A DNA stretch of 64,000 nucleotides from a virus: the IMG/VR virus record IMGVR_UViG_3300017728_002360. One strand, written 5' to 3'. The translations under genes and the position numbers were made by a program. Positions 19,577 through 27,616 of the stretch are shown piece by piece (within the stretch, counting starts at the first letter, position 1; every line of letters starts with the position of its first letter). The notes under the pieces are model-generated. The model saw only the letters and a program-made list of their open reading frames with translations. It was not told the DNA's origin and made no database searches.

Positions 19577-21341
19577 GATAAAAAGCATTACAGTAAAAAA
19601 CTTTATGAGTGTGGGTAATACTACACAGGCAGTCGACTTTAACAAACAACAACTAACGTTAGTGCTTGGTGAAAACTTAGATCAAGGAGGTGACGATTCT
19701 GGTTCACGTAACGGTACAGGTAAAACTACAATAATTAACGCATTGTCTTATGCTCTGTACGGCCAAGCACTAACGAACATTAGAAAAGATAACCTAGTTA
19801 ACAAAACTAATAATAAAGGAATGTTGGTTACACTAACATTTGACAAAGACGGCAAGGAATATAAAGTTGAAAGAGGCCGTAAGCCTAACACTATGAAGTT
19901 CTTTATTAATAATGAAGAACAAGAGCTTACAGATCAGTCACAAGGTGATAGTCGTAAAACACAACAAGACATAAATGAACTGCTAGGTATGAGTCATGAT
20001 ATGTTCAAGCATATTGTGGCACTTAATACTTACACAGAGCCCTTCTTAGCACTGAAAAACAATGACCAACGTGCTATTATAGAACAGTTACTTGGTATTA
20101 CAATACTTTCTGAGAAGGCAGACTTGTTACGAGAACAAACACGTATTACTAGAGATAAACTTACTGAAGAAAATGCTAGGATATCAGCAGTAACAAGCAG
20201 TAATGAAAAGATTAAAGAAAACATTGAACGTTTACACAGCAGACGCAAGGCTTGGATTGCACAAAACAAACAAGACTGTGATAAACTTGCAAAAGCAATT
20301 AAAGAACTAGAACAACTAGACATCGACAATGAACTAGAAGATCACGAAAAACTAAAAACGTGGGAAGAAAGCACAAAACATCTTAACAACCTTAAAAAAG
20401 AAAAGTCAACAGTTGAACGTGCATTGGAACAAGCTGATAACAATGTAAACAAACTTGGTAAGGACTTGGATGATCTAGAAAGTGCCAAGTGTTATGCTTG
20501 TGGTCAAGAACTACATGATGACAAACTTGAAGAAATGAAAGACAAGTTACAAAAGGATTATGGTGATGCCCATGTTTATCAAACTAGCATGGCAGACAAA
20601 CTACAAAAGGTAGAAAAGCTGATCGAAGAGGTTGGTGACCTTGACTCTAAACCTAATACATTCTATGAAACTGCCAAAGAAGCATACCAACACAGAGGTA
20701 ACGTTGATAGTTTAACAAAGAGCTTACAAGATAAGACAGATGAACTAGATCCATATCAAGAACAGATTGATGATTTAGAGAAAACTGCAATACAAGAAGT
20801 TAATTGGGATACCGTAAACGATCTTAATAGCACAAAAGACCACATGGACTTCTTATACAAACTGTTAACAAACAAAGACAGCTTTATACGTAAGAAGATC
20901 ATAGACCAGAATTTAGCATACCTAAACAACAGACTTACATACTACTTAGACAAGCTAGGACTTCCGCATACAGTGGTGTTTAAGAACGATCTAAGTGTTG
21001 AAATAACACAACTAGGACAGGATCTAGACTTTGATAACCTAAGTAGAGGTGAACGTAATAGACTTATACTTGGTATGAGTTGGGCATTCCGTGATGTATG
21101 GGAAAGTTTATATCAAAACATCAACTTATTGTTTATTGATGAGTTGGTTGATAGCGGTATGGATGCAAATGGTGTTGAAAACAGTATGAGTGTTCTTAAG
21201 AAGATGGGTAGAGAACGTCAGAAGAACATTTACCTTATATCGCACAAGGAAGAACTTGCTGGTCGTGTAACTAACGTACTAAAAGTTATTAAAGAAAACG
21301 GATTTACGTCATATGACAATGATGTTGAAATAATGCAATGA
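19569..21341 (+). CDS. gp46: Recombination ATPase subunit (Rad50/SbcC-like)
   Basis: Walker A NGTGKTT, coiled coil with CYAC zinc hook, signature LSRGE, Walker B LFIDE and ISH. Confidence 0.93.
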   Translation: MIKIKSITVKNFMSVGNTTQAVDFNKQQLTLVLGENLDQGGDDSGSRNGTGKTTIINALSYALYGQALTNIRKDNLVNKTNNKGMLVTLTFDKDGKEYKVERGRKPNTMKFFINNEEQELTDQSQGDSRKTQQDINELLGMSHDMFKHIVALNTYTEPFLALKNNDQRAIIEQLLGITILSEKADLLREQTRITRDKLTEENARISAVTSSNEKIKENIERLHSRRKAWIAQNKQDCDKLAKAIKELEQLDIDNELEDHEKLKTWEESTKHLNNLKKEKSTVERALEQADNNVNKLGKDLDDLESAKCYACGQELHDDKLEEMKDKLQKDYGDAHVYQTSMADKLQKVEKLIEEVGDLDSKPNTFYETAKEAYQHRGNVDSLTKSLQDKTDELDPYQEQIDDLEKTAIQEVNWDTVNDLNSTKDHMDFLYKLLTNKDSFIRKKIIDQNLAYLNNRLTYYLDKLGLPHTVVFKNDLSVEITQLGQDLDFDNLSRGERNRLILGMSWAFRDVWESLYQNINLLFIDELVDSGMDANGVENSMSVLKKMGRERQKNIYLISHKEELAGRVTNVLKVIKENGFTSYDNDVEIMQ

Positions 21342-21550
21342 TCAACGACGATACACACGATAAACTAACCAAAGCATATTTGGAATATTACAAGGCCAAC
21401 GAAGCATGGGAAATACGCAAGAGCGAACGTACCAAAAGATCGGCAAGAAAATGGTTAAGTGAGATACGTAGACTGTGTAGCGACCGTAGAGTTGAGATCA
21501 TAGAAGAGTACAAAGCCAAAAAAGAAACGTCTAGCAGTGATACTGAGTAA
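21338..21550 (+). CDS. Small hypothetical helical protein (70 aa)
   Basis: ATGA overlap with the gp46 stop; coherent charged helical sequence. Confidence 0.7.
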   Translation: MINDDTHDKLTKAYLEYYKANEAWEIRKSERTKRSARKWLSEIRRLCSDRRVEIIEEYKAKKETSSSDTE

Positions 21551-21558
21551 GTATCAAT

Positions 21559-21981
21559 ATGCAATGGACATATAAGGGCAAATCAATAGAAACATTACCA
21601 GAGGATTGTGAAGCATTCGTGTATCTAATCACGAACACAACCAACAATAGAAAATACATAGGTAAGAAACTAGCAAAGTTTAAAAAAACAAGACCACCTC
21701 TTAAAGGTAAGAAGAATAAACGTAGAAGTAAAGTTGAAAGTGACTGGAAGGACTATTGGGGTTCATCAGATCACCTACAACAGGACGTACAACAATTAGG
21801 CGAAGACAAGTTTACAAGAGAAATACTATATTACTGTGAATCAAGAGGCATAGCAAGTTACTTAGAGGCAAGAGAACAGTTTGAACGTAGGGTATTAGAA
21901 ACAGATGACTACTACAACGGCATTATAAACGTTAGGGTAGGTGGATCTAAGATACTGCGTGAAGGCCTAAAAGGCAAATAA
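21559..21981 (+). CDS. Stand-alone GIY-YIG endonuclease (140 aa, catalytic domain only)
   Basis: FVYLITNTTNNRKYIGKK, YWGSS, FTREIL, conserved E (LEAREQ) and YYN: Seg-like GIY-YIG motifs. Confidence 0.85.
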   Translation: MQWTYKGKSIETLPEDCEAFVYLITNTTNNRKYIGKKLAKFKKTRPPLKGKKNKRRSKVESDWKDYWGSSDHLQQDVQQLGEDKFTREILYYCESRGIASYLEAREQFERRVLETDDYYNGIINVRVGGSKILREGLKGK

Positions 21982-22052
21982 GCCACTTTTACAACAACAA
22001 AAATTACTGTACACTAATATACTGTGTAGGCAAATTAAATTTCATCTATATA

Positions 22053-22472
22053 GCAACATTGTTTGGTCGGGGTAGCTCGACTTACCTTGAGGTCACATCG
22101 ATCTGTGACTGGATACTGGTACGTTGCACGGCTTGATGCTAACGTAGGCATTAAAAGATCGTGGCTCTGAGAAAAAGCAACCACAACGTTAATATACTTT
22201 GCTTAACAGGGGTATATTAGTGTTCCGAGACTATTGCGAAGGCTGTAGTAGGGGGTTGGCGAGTTTCCGCCTCCGTACATATTATATGTAATCTACTTTG
22301 TTAAGATGGTACGCTTATCTCACATGATGGCTATTATCGACTTCGTCCGGAGACGGGCGAAGTATGGCTCAACTATCTACATGATGCAAAAGTGCTTCGC
22401 ACTTATATTAATCATACATAAGAAAAAAGTGTTTGAGCATAGCGAAAACACAGATGAGCTGTTTGCTCATCT
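22053..22472 (+). ncRNA. Candidate large structured RNA downstream of the GIY-YIG gene (boundaries approximate)
   Basis: About ten hairpins. They include a 15-bp stem with 4 G-U pairs (22185-99/22210-24) whose loop CTTAACA is complementary to TGTTAAG (22299-305), and a 10-bp stem with a GAGA tetraloop (22340-63). No credible ORF. Confidence 0.6.
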
Positions 22473-22480
22473 ACTAGACA

Positions 22481-22675
22481 CTAGTGTAATTCAGGATCAC
22501 GTCCATAACGGAACGCATCACTATCATACACTTCGACAGCTACAACTTCGTATTGCTTGTTAGGGTTTACATCCACTAACTGTGCAACAGTTGAATCTGC
22601 TTCATACTCATCACTGCACTGAGTCACAACCTCTTTGGTGTTACACTCAATAACATTATATCTTGTTTGAGGCAT
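22481..22675 (-). CDS. Small hypothetical protein (64 aa)
   Basis: ORF with natural composition, preceded by minus-strand TAAATA (22682-87). Confidence 0.65.
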   Translation of the reverse strand: MPQTRYNVIECNTKEVVTQCSDEYEADSTVAQLVDVNPNKQYEVVAVEVYDSDAFRYGRDPELH

Positions 22676-22710
22676 ATAAGATATTTAAGAGGTCTACGAG
22701 ATGAATTATG

Positions 22711-22718
22711 TATAAATA
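22711..22718 (+). promoter_or_regulatory. T4 late promoter TATAAATA
   Basis: Exact T4 late consensus upstream of the AGGAG RBS and ATG at 22741. Confidence 0.8.
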
Positions 22719-22740
22719 TAAAGTAACAGGAGAGCAAACC

Positions 22741-23295
22741 ATGAAAATAACGCAAATAACAAGCGAAAACACGTTTAATGAAGCTCCCGGTGGTAATGTC
22801 TTAGGGAACGTTGCACGTAAAGTAGGTGCAAAAGTGGCTGGCGCCGTAGGTGCCAAAGGCACCGCCGCAGGAATGACAGGTAAAAACGATGCGAACGCAA
22901 AAGCCAAGGAATTGTTTGTACAATACAGAGGATTTATGGGTCAAACAGGTGGTAACCCTAAACAACCAACAGTTGATCAAGTATCTAACTTTATGAAGAA
23001 ACAAGGATTACCATTAAACAGATTAAAAGGTCTACAAGGACAGCTAACACCTAAACAGGTTGATGACATCTTACAGAAAACTTCACAAGATAGTTTTAAT
23101 TCTGCAGATGGACAAGCGGCCGCAGGAACAGAACCAGGATCCCCTGGAGATCCTAACGCACCGAAACCGGGTGCCGGTGGTGCTGGCGCACCAGCAGGTG
23201 GACAAGCAGGTGCAGGTGGCATACCAGCTAACATTCAAAAAGCTATTGATAGCTTAGATGCTAATGGTAAAAAAGAACTAGCGGCACTATTGTAA
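22741..23295 (+). CDS. Putative head-internal protein (Gly/Ala-rich); true start probably 22741
   Basis: RBS AGGAG precedes 22741. N-terminus MKITQITSENTFNEA resembles protease-cleaved internal-protein leaders (inference). Confidence 0.6.
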   Translation: MKITQITSENTFNEAPGGNVLGNVARKVGAKVAGAVGAKGTAAGMTGKNDANAKAKELFVQYRGFMGQTGGNPKQPTVDQVSNFMKKQGLPLNRLKGLQGQLTPKQVDDILQKTSQDSFNSADGQAAAGTEPGSPGDPNAPKPGAGGAGAPAGGQAGAGGIPANIQKAIDSLDANGKKELAALL

Positions 23296-23305
23296 GGACA
23301 GCAAA

Positions 23306-25888
23306 ATGAAACTAGGCGAAGTTACACACTACAATTTAAAATCAGAACAGATACTAGCAGAGGGTTGGCAAGATCTTAACGAAGCACAACGCATATATGT
23401 TGGTAAGTGGGAAAGAGATGTTTGGCCTTTAGTAGAAGGACTTAATAAATTATTAGAAGCTGATCTTGATCCTAAACAGATTGATAAAATCTTTAGTGAT
23501 GCAGAACAAGTTGCAATAGATTCAGGCAACAACAAAACTGCATTAGGTAAGGCAGGACAAGTAGTAGGTGACCAAGCTAAAAAACTTACAGACCAAATTA
23601 ACAAACTAGCCGATGCGGCACAACAAAGTGGACCAATTAAAAACTTTGATGCACAGTTTGAAAAACTAAAAGCACAATTAAAAAAGAAACTACAAGGTAA
23701 TCCAGCAGGCCAGAAGATACTTACAATGGTCGATGGTTACGGAGAGTTTGCAAAAGGCAATCCGGCCAAGGCGGCATTTATCATTGGTGCAATGACTTCA
23801 GTACTTGCGTTTGCAAGTGGAGGTATTGTAAGTGGTGCGGCAATTGGTTTCTTTTTAAAACTAGCAAGTAACACACTTAAAGGTGATAAACTTTCAACAG
23901 CAGTTGGTAAAGGTGTTAAAGGCGCGGCACTTGGTGCGGTGGCTGGTGCTATTGGTGATCAAATTGGTGAATTATTACCGCCAGAGATTACAAACACATT
24001 TATTAATGATGCATCAGGCGAAATTGATATTACAAAACTAGACGGAATGAGTGCTACAAGCATGGAAGATCTAACTGCTGAATCGGCCAAAGAGATCATA
24101 CAGTCAAGAAGTGCCATGGAAGAATTATTAGCACGAGGTAACCTAGATGCTGATGCAGAAGAAGTTTTACAAGGACAGCTTGACCAGGTAAATGATAAGA
24201 TACGTGAAATAGGTGGTGCATCAGTAAATGATTCTGTTGATGCAATACAAGGCGAGTTTGATATCAAAGGTACAGATGTTAACATAGATAAGACTACAAC
24301 CACATCAAACCAAGACGCAGGTAGTACAGTATCAGATACAGAAGTTGTTGCCGAGCTTGATGCAGAACAACTTAATGACGCAGGAATAAATTCAGCAGAC
24401 TTTCCAGACAACGCATGGATTACTGAAAACACACAAAAATTATTAGATGCTGGTTTGTCAGAAGAAGACATTGAAGCATTACAAAATGCACAAGGATTTA
24501 ACAGAGCATTAGACCAAAAAGAATTCTTAAACACACGTATATCAGCGTCAACTTCTATAGAGGTTGGAGACAGCCTACAGGTTGATGGTGTACCAGACGA
24601 AATTAAAGTTGGAGAGGTATTTAAATCAACAGTTAGTAAAACACTACCAGACGGAACTGAATACACTGGAATAGTAGACGTATCAATTGAAGGTGTAGAC
24701 GCAGACGGAAATGCTGTTTACCAAATGAAAAATGTGTTTGTAAATCCTAATCCATTTACAGAAAATCTAGACAAGGCTCTTGAAGCTTTACCAGATGATG
24801 TAAGAGAAGAATTATATGATCAAATATTCAAAGGAACAGTTTCGGGTTCAATGGAAACAGCAGTTAACGATACAGCGGCCAACATTGTAAAAGCCGCGGC
24901 GGCAGTTGCACTAGGTGGTGCATTAGCAAAATCAGAATTTGTAGAGCCTGAGAAAAAAGAAGAGTCAATAGAACGACACAACGAAATGATTTACGAGTAC
25001 GTTGAGTACTTAGAAGAAACAATGAACGAAGGACCTGCACTAGACAAAATGAAGGCGGCGGCAATGGCTGGCGTTAAAAAAGCAGGTAGCCTTACACAAA
25101 AAGGAATGACCCAAGTTGGTAAAGGCATGGACAAAGCCGGAGCCGCTGTTGCAGGTGGCATAAGCAAAACTGCCGCAGGTATTAAGAATCAAGGTAAACA
25201 ACTTGGAAACAAAGTTACAAAAGAAAAATTAATGAAGGCGTGGAACAAAGCAGGCAAGCCAACAGACACAGGAAGTATTATTAATATTTTAAGTGATGCT
25301 GGTATGGACGATGAAGCCATTGGCACAGTTGGAACACAGTCAAACATTAAGTTAGCAAGACCTCAAGCTGATACGGGAGATGATGCCGGAGCAAGTGCTG
25401 GTACAGATCCCAAAGCTGGGGCAGAAGCAGAACCAGTTGATGCTAACAAAGACGGCAAAGACGACAAAACAGGCAAGCCAATTACTAAACCAGTTGATGC
25501 TAACAAAGACGGTAAAGATGACAAAACAGGCAAGCCAATAGAGCCTGAAAAAGATGCTACACTAGGTAAACCAGGTGCTGGCGGAGCCGCAGTAGGCGGA
25601 GCTCATGCAAATAAGAAACCTATAGTACCAGGTGGTGCTAAAGCAGGTGCAGGTGCTACTCCAGGTAAACCAGTTGATGTAAAATCATTAGCAGGCGATA
25701 TACAAAAGGCCGGTGTTGCTGACGCTGTTAAACAACAACTATCGCAACCAGCTAAAGCAGGTAGCGGTGGAGATCTTGCAAGTGGTATGAAAGTAGATTT
25801 ACCTACACTAGCTAAACAAATTAGTGATGCGGGTATACAAGATAAAGTAAAAGCAAGTCTAACACAAAAACAACCAGCTACTGCCTAA
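23306..25888 (+). CDS. Large putative head-internal/ejection protein (860 aa)
   Basis: N-terminus MKLGEV...ILAEGWQDLNEA with repeated L-x-E sites, a hydrophobic hairpin at ~aa 155-190, and a low-complexity C-terminus. Confidence 0.55.
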   Translation: MKLGEVTHYNLKSEQILAEGWQDLNEAQRIYVGKWERDVWPLVEGLNKLLEADLDPKQIDKIFSDAEQVAIDSGNNKTALGKAGQVVGDQAKKLTDQINKLADAAQQSGPIKNFDAQFEKLKAQLKKKLQGNPAGQKILTMVDGYGEFAKGNPAKAAFIIGAMTSVLAFASGGIVSGAAIGFFLKLASNTLKGDKLSTAVGKGVKGAALGAVAGAIGDQIGELLPPEITNTFINDASGEIDITKLDGMSATSMEDLTAESAKEIIQSRSAMEELLARGNLDADAEEVLQGQLDQVNDKIREIGGASVNDSVDAIQGEFDIKGTDVNIDKTTTTSNQDAGSTVSDTEVVAELDAEQLNDAGINSADFPDNAWITENTQKLLDAGLSEEDIEALQNAQGFNRALDQKEFLNTRISASTSIEVGDSLQVDGVPDEIKVGEVFKSTVSKTLPDGTEYTGIVDVSIEGVDADGNAVYQMKNVFVNPNPFTENLDKALEALPDDVREELYDQIFKGTVSGSMETAVNDTAANIVKAAAAVALGGALAKSEFVEPEKKEESIERHNEMIYEYVEYLEETMNEGPALDKMKAAAMAGVKKAGSLTQKGMTQVGKGMDKAGAAVAGGISKTAAGIKNQGKQLGNKVTKEKLMKAWNKAGKPTDTGSIINILSDAGMDDEAIGTVGTQSNIKLARPQADTGDDAGASAGTDPKAGAEAEPVDANKDGKDDKTGKPITKPVDANKDGKDDKTGKPIEPEKDATLGKPGAGGAAVGGAHANKKPIVPGGAKAGAGATPGKPVDVKSLAGDIQKAGVADAVKQQLSQPAKAGSGGDLASGMKVDLPTLAKQISDAGIQDKVKASLTQKQPATA
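25431..25539 (+). repeat. Direct repeat, 2 x 52 nt (57-nt period), encoding PVDANKDGKDDKTGKPI twice
   Basis: 25431-25482 and 25488-25539 differ only at two synonymous positions. Confidence 0.9.
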
Positions 25889-26061
25889 AAGAAAGGCATA
25901 CTTGTCTTTTTAGCTGTTTCTAAATTTTCTTTAATAAGTTTACTAAAAATTTCTCTATCCTCAGGACCTGAAGCATACATTTCGTCAAGGGTTACACCTC
26001 CACGCATATACCATACAAGTCTTGATAATTCAAGTTTGAAGTTCTTAGTCTCTTTTTCCAT
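25885..26061 (-). CDS. gp51-like baseplate hub assembly protein (58 aa from ATG; likely also or only the -1 frame extension of the gp26-like gene)
   Basis: Not in the ORF track. Reads MEKETKNFKLELSRLVWYMRGGVTLDEMYASGPEDREIFSKLIKENLETAKKTSMPFF. The frame stays open back to the slippery site at 26115-26121. Confidence 0.7.
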   Translation of the reverse strand: MEKETKNFKLELSRLVWYMRGGVTLDEMYASGPEDREIFSKLIKENLETAKKTSMPFF

Positions 26062-26078
26062 GTCATCGACTAATCTCA

Positions 26079-26121
26079 GGATCTCGGCGAGAGACTTACT
26101 TAAGATCCTTATGCGAAAAAA
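26079..26121 (-). other. Candidate programmed -1 ribosomal frameshift signal
   Basis: Slippery heptamer T-TTT-TTC in the correct phase, 6-nt spacer, then stem GGATCTT/GAGATCC. Confidence 0.65.
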
Positions 26122-26978
26122 TTTGACTGATCGAATGTAATTGGTACTTCAAACTCTTTAGGAGCACCTTTTTCTTGTTCTTCAGCAGTTGTTTGAACCA
26201 AGAATGGATCAACATCGTACTTTTTCTTCTGAGAAGTCATATGTTCTGTGATTCCTGTGAAGAATGATTTATCTGCATTTTTAATAAAGTCTTGAAGGTG
26301 TTGAGGATTAGTAACAATCTCGTCTCCTACTTGGATTGATACAATACCATCTACAACCATAGTAACTGTAAGTTGAGTCAACTTCTGGAATGAAGCACTA
26401 AACCTAGCTAACTTATCTCCTTCATCTAGTTCAGCATCTGCTATCACTTGAGCAATACGTTGCTCTTCGAAAGTTTTTGTTGCTGTTCTAGTATACTCTT
26501 GATATGTTTGCGGTCGTAGTGTGATTTTCATATCACCTACTGTTAGCTCATTTTCATATTTGACATTTTGATACTTGTCTAATAACTGTCTAAGGTCGAG
26601 ATCAAATTTACGATCTGTACCTGCATTAGGTACTCTAGTTTCAATCTCCATCTTTTCGCCATATGTTGCAATCCTAATAGCAATTAAAATACAGTCAACA
26701 TCGATACTAGGAATTTTCCAAGCATTTTTAATATTAGGCATACAACTTTGTATACAGCTAACAACCGACTGACCATTTAGTAGTGCGTCTGGCGTTTTCA
26801 TCATTAGTTCGTCCTGTGCCGTCATTGCATATACAGGAAGTTCGCCGGTTTCATTCATTTCCAAAGCGCCTTCCGGATACCAATGACCACCACTAGGTAG
26901 TGCTACGTATATCTTAGGTTGTCTAAAATATTTCTGTAACGGATTGGCTCCACCAATCCCTGGTTTCATTTCTGACAT
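26109..26978 (-). CDS. gp26: Baseplate hub assembly chaperone, gp26-like
   Basis: NPLQKYFRQPKIYVALPSGG, MTAQDELMMKTPDALLNG and DVDCILIAIRIATYGEKME motifs; ends in ...SNFFA. Confidence 0.7.
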   Translation of the reverse strand: MSEMKPGIGGANPLQKYFRQPKIYVALPSGGHWYPEGALEMNETGELPVYAMTAQDELMMKTPDALLNGQSVVSCIQSCMPNIKNAWKIPSIDVDCILIAIRIATYGEKMEIETRVPNAGTDRKFDLDLRQLLDKYQNVKYENELTVGDMKITLRPQTYQEYTRTATKTFEEQRIAQVIADAELDEGDKLARFSASFQKLTQLTVTMVVDGIVSIQVGDEIVTNPQHLQDFIKNADKSFFTGITEHMTSQKKKYDVDPFLVQTTAEEQEKGAPKEFEVPITFDQSNFFA

Positions 26979-27023
26979 TTTGTTCTCCGGCTTAATTTAA
27001 ATAATACTATCATATTATAACAA

Positions 27024-27050
27024 TATTTATGGCAAGGAGTTAACTGCGTA
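27024..27050 (-). promoter_or_regulatory. Late promoter TAAATA with upstream TACGCAG (14-nt spacer) for the gp26-like gene
   Basis: Minus strand reads TACGCAG-TTAACTCCTTGCCA-TAAATA. Confidence 0.7.
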
Positions 27051-27058
27051 TATAATTT

Positions 27059-27616
27059 ATGGCTGACTATAAAATAACCAATTATGTAGATTATGAAAAA
27101 TTAGAACAAGCTAGGCTTATGTTAAAGCAAGAGCTTGATGCTTTTATGCCAGATTACAGCAAAGTACAGCAAATTGGTATGGATTTTGATAGTTTTTACA
27201 ACACAGGCGTTAAGGATAATTGGCGTACTATTGCTGTAAAGCTAGGAGATAACCAAGACCCAGTAGAACACGCAGATAAATTTTCAAACACGTTAGAAAT
27301 ATTGAGTGAGTGCAAAGGTGTTGAAAATTTTGGAATGAACTTTGTAAAACCATATGGCCGCATTATGCCACATACTGATCCTGAAGTTATAGTTGATGGC
27401 AAGGAAGTTCCGTTTATTAATTGTTTGGCCGGAGTTGTTATTCCATCACCTAACGTACACAAATGTGGTATGAAGTTTGACAATAAGGAAGTAGCTGTAG
27501 CCGAAGGCGAATGGGTAACTTTCTTACCTAGTACAAAACATAGTGCTTGGAACTATACGGATCATTATAGATTGACTTGTATGTCAACTATTAATTTAGA
27601 ATATTTCTCTTCTTAA
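27059..27616 (+). CDS. Fe(II)/2-oxoglutarate dioxygenase, aspartyl/asparaginyl beta-hydroxylase-like
   Basis: IMPHTD (HxD) and distal HSAWNYTDHYR, typical of the Asp/Asn hydroxylase family. Confidence 0.75.
   Translation: MADYKITNYVDYEKLEQARLMLKQELDAFMPDYSKVQQIGMDFDSFYNTGVKDNWRTIAVKLGDNQDPVEHADKFSNTLEILSECKGVENFGMNFVKPYGRIMPHTDPEVIVDGKEVPFINCLAGVVIPSPNVHKCGMKFDNKEVAVAEGEWVTFLPSTKHSAWNYTDHYRLTCMSTINLEYFSS

Noticed and set aside
21982-22480. Group I intron or CRISPR/TIGR-like array interpretation of the gap
   Set aside because: No interrupted host gene, no recognisable P7 core, and no regular repeat-spacer periodicity.
22306-22563. 85-aa plus-strand ORF inside the structured region
   Set aside because: No RBS, atypical composition, and it overlaps both the hairpins and the convergent 64-aa gene.
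26071-26108. H-type pseudoknot after the slippery site (AGTCTC pairing with GAGATT)
   Set aside because: The pairing is possible but leaves a 1-nt third loop that is sterically doubtful, so only the hairpin is claimed.
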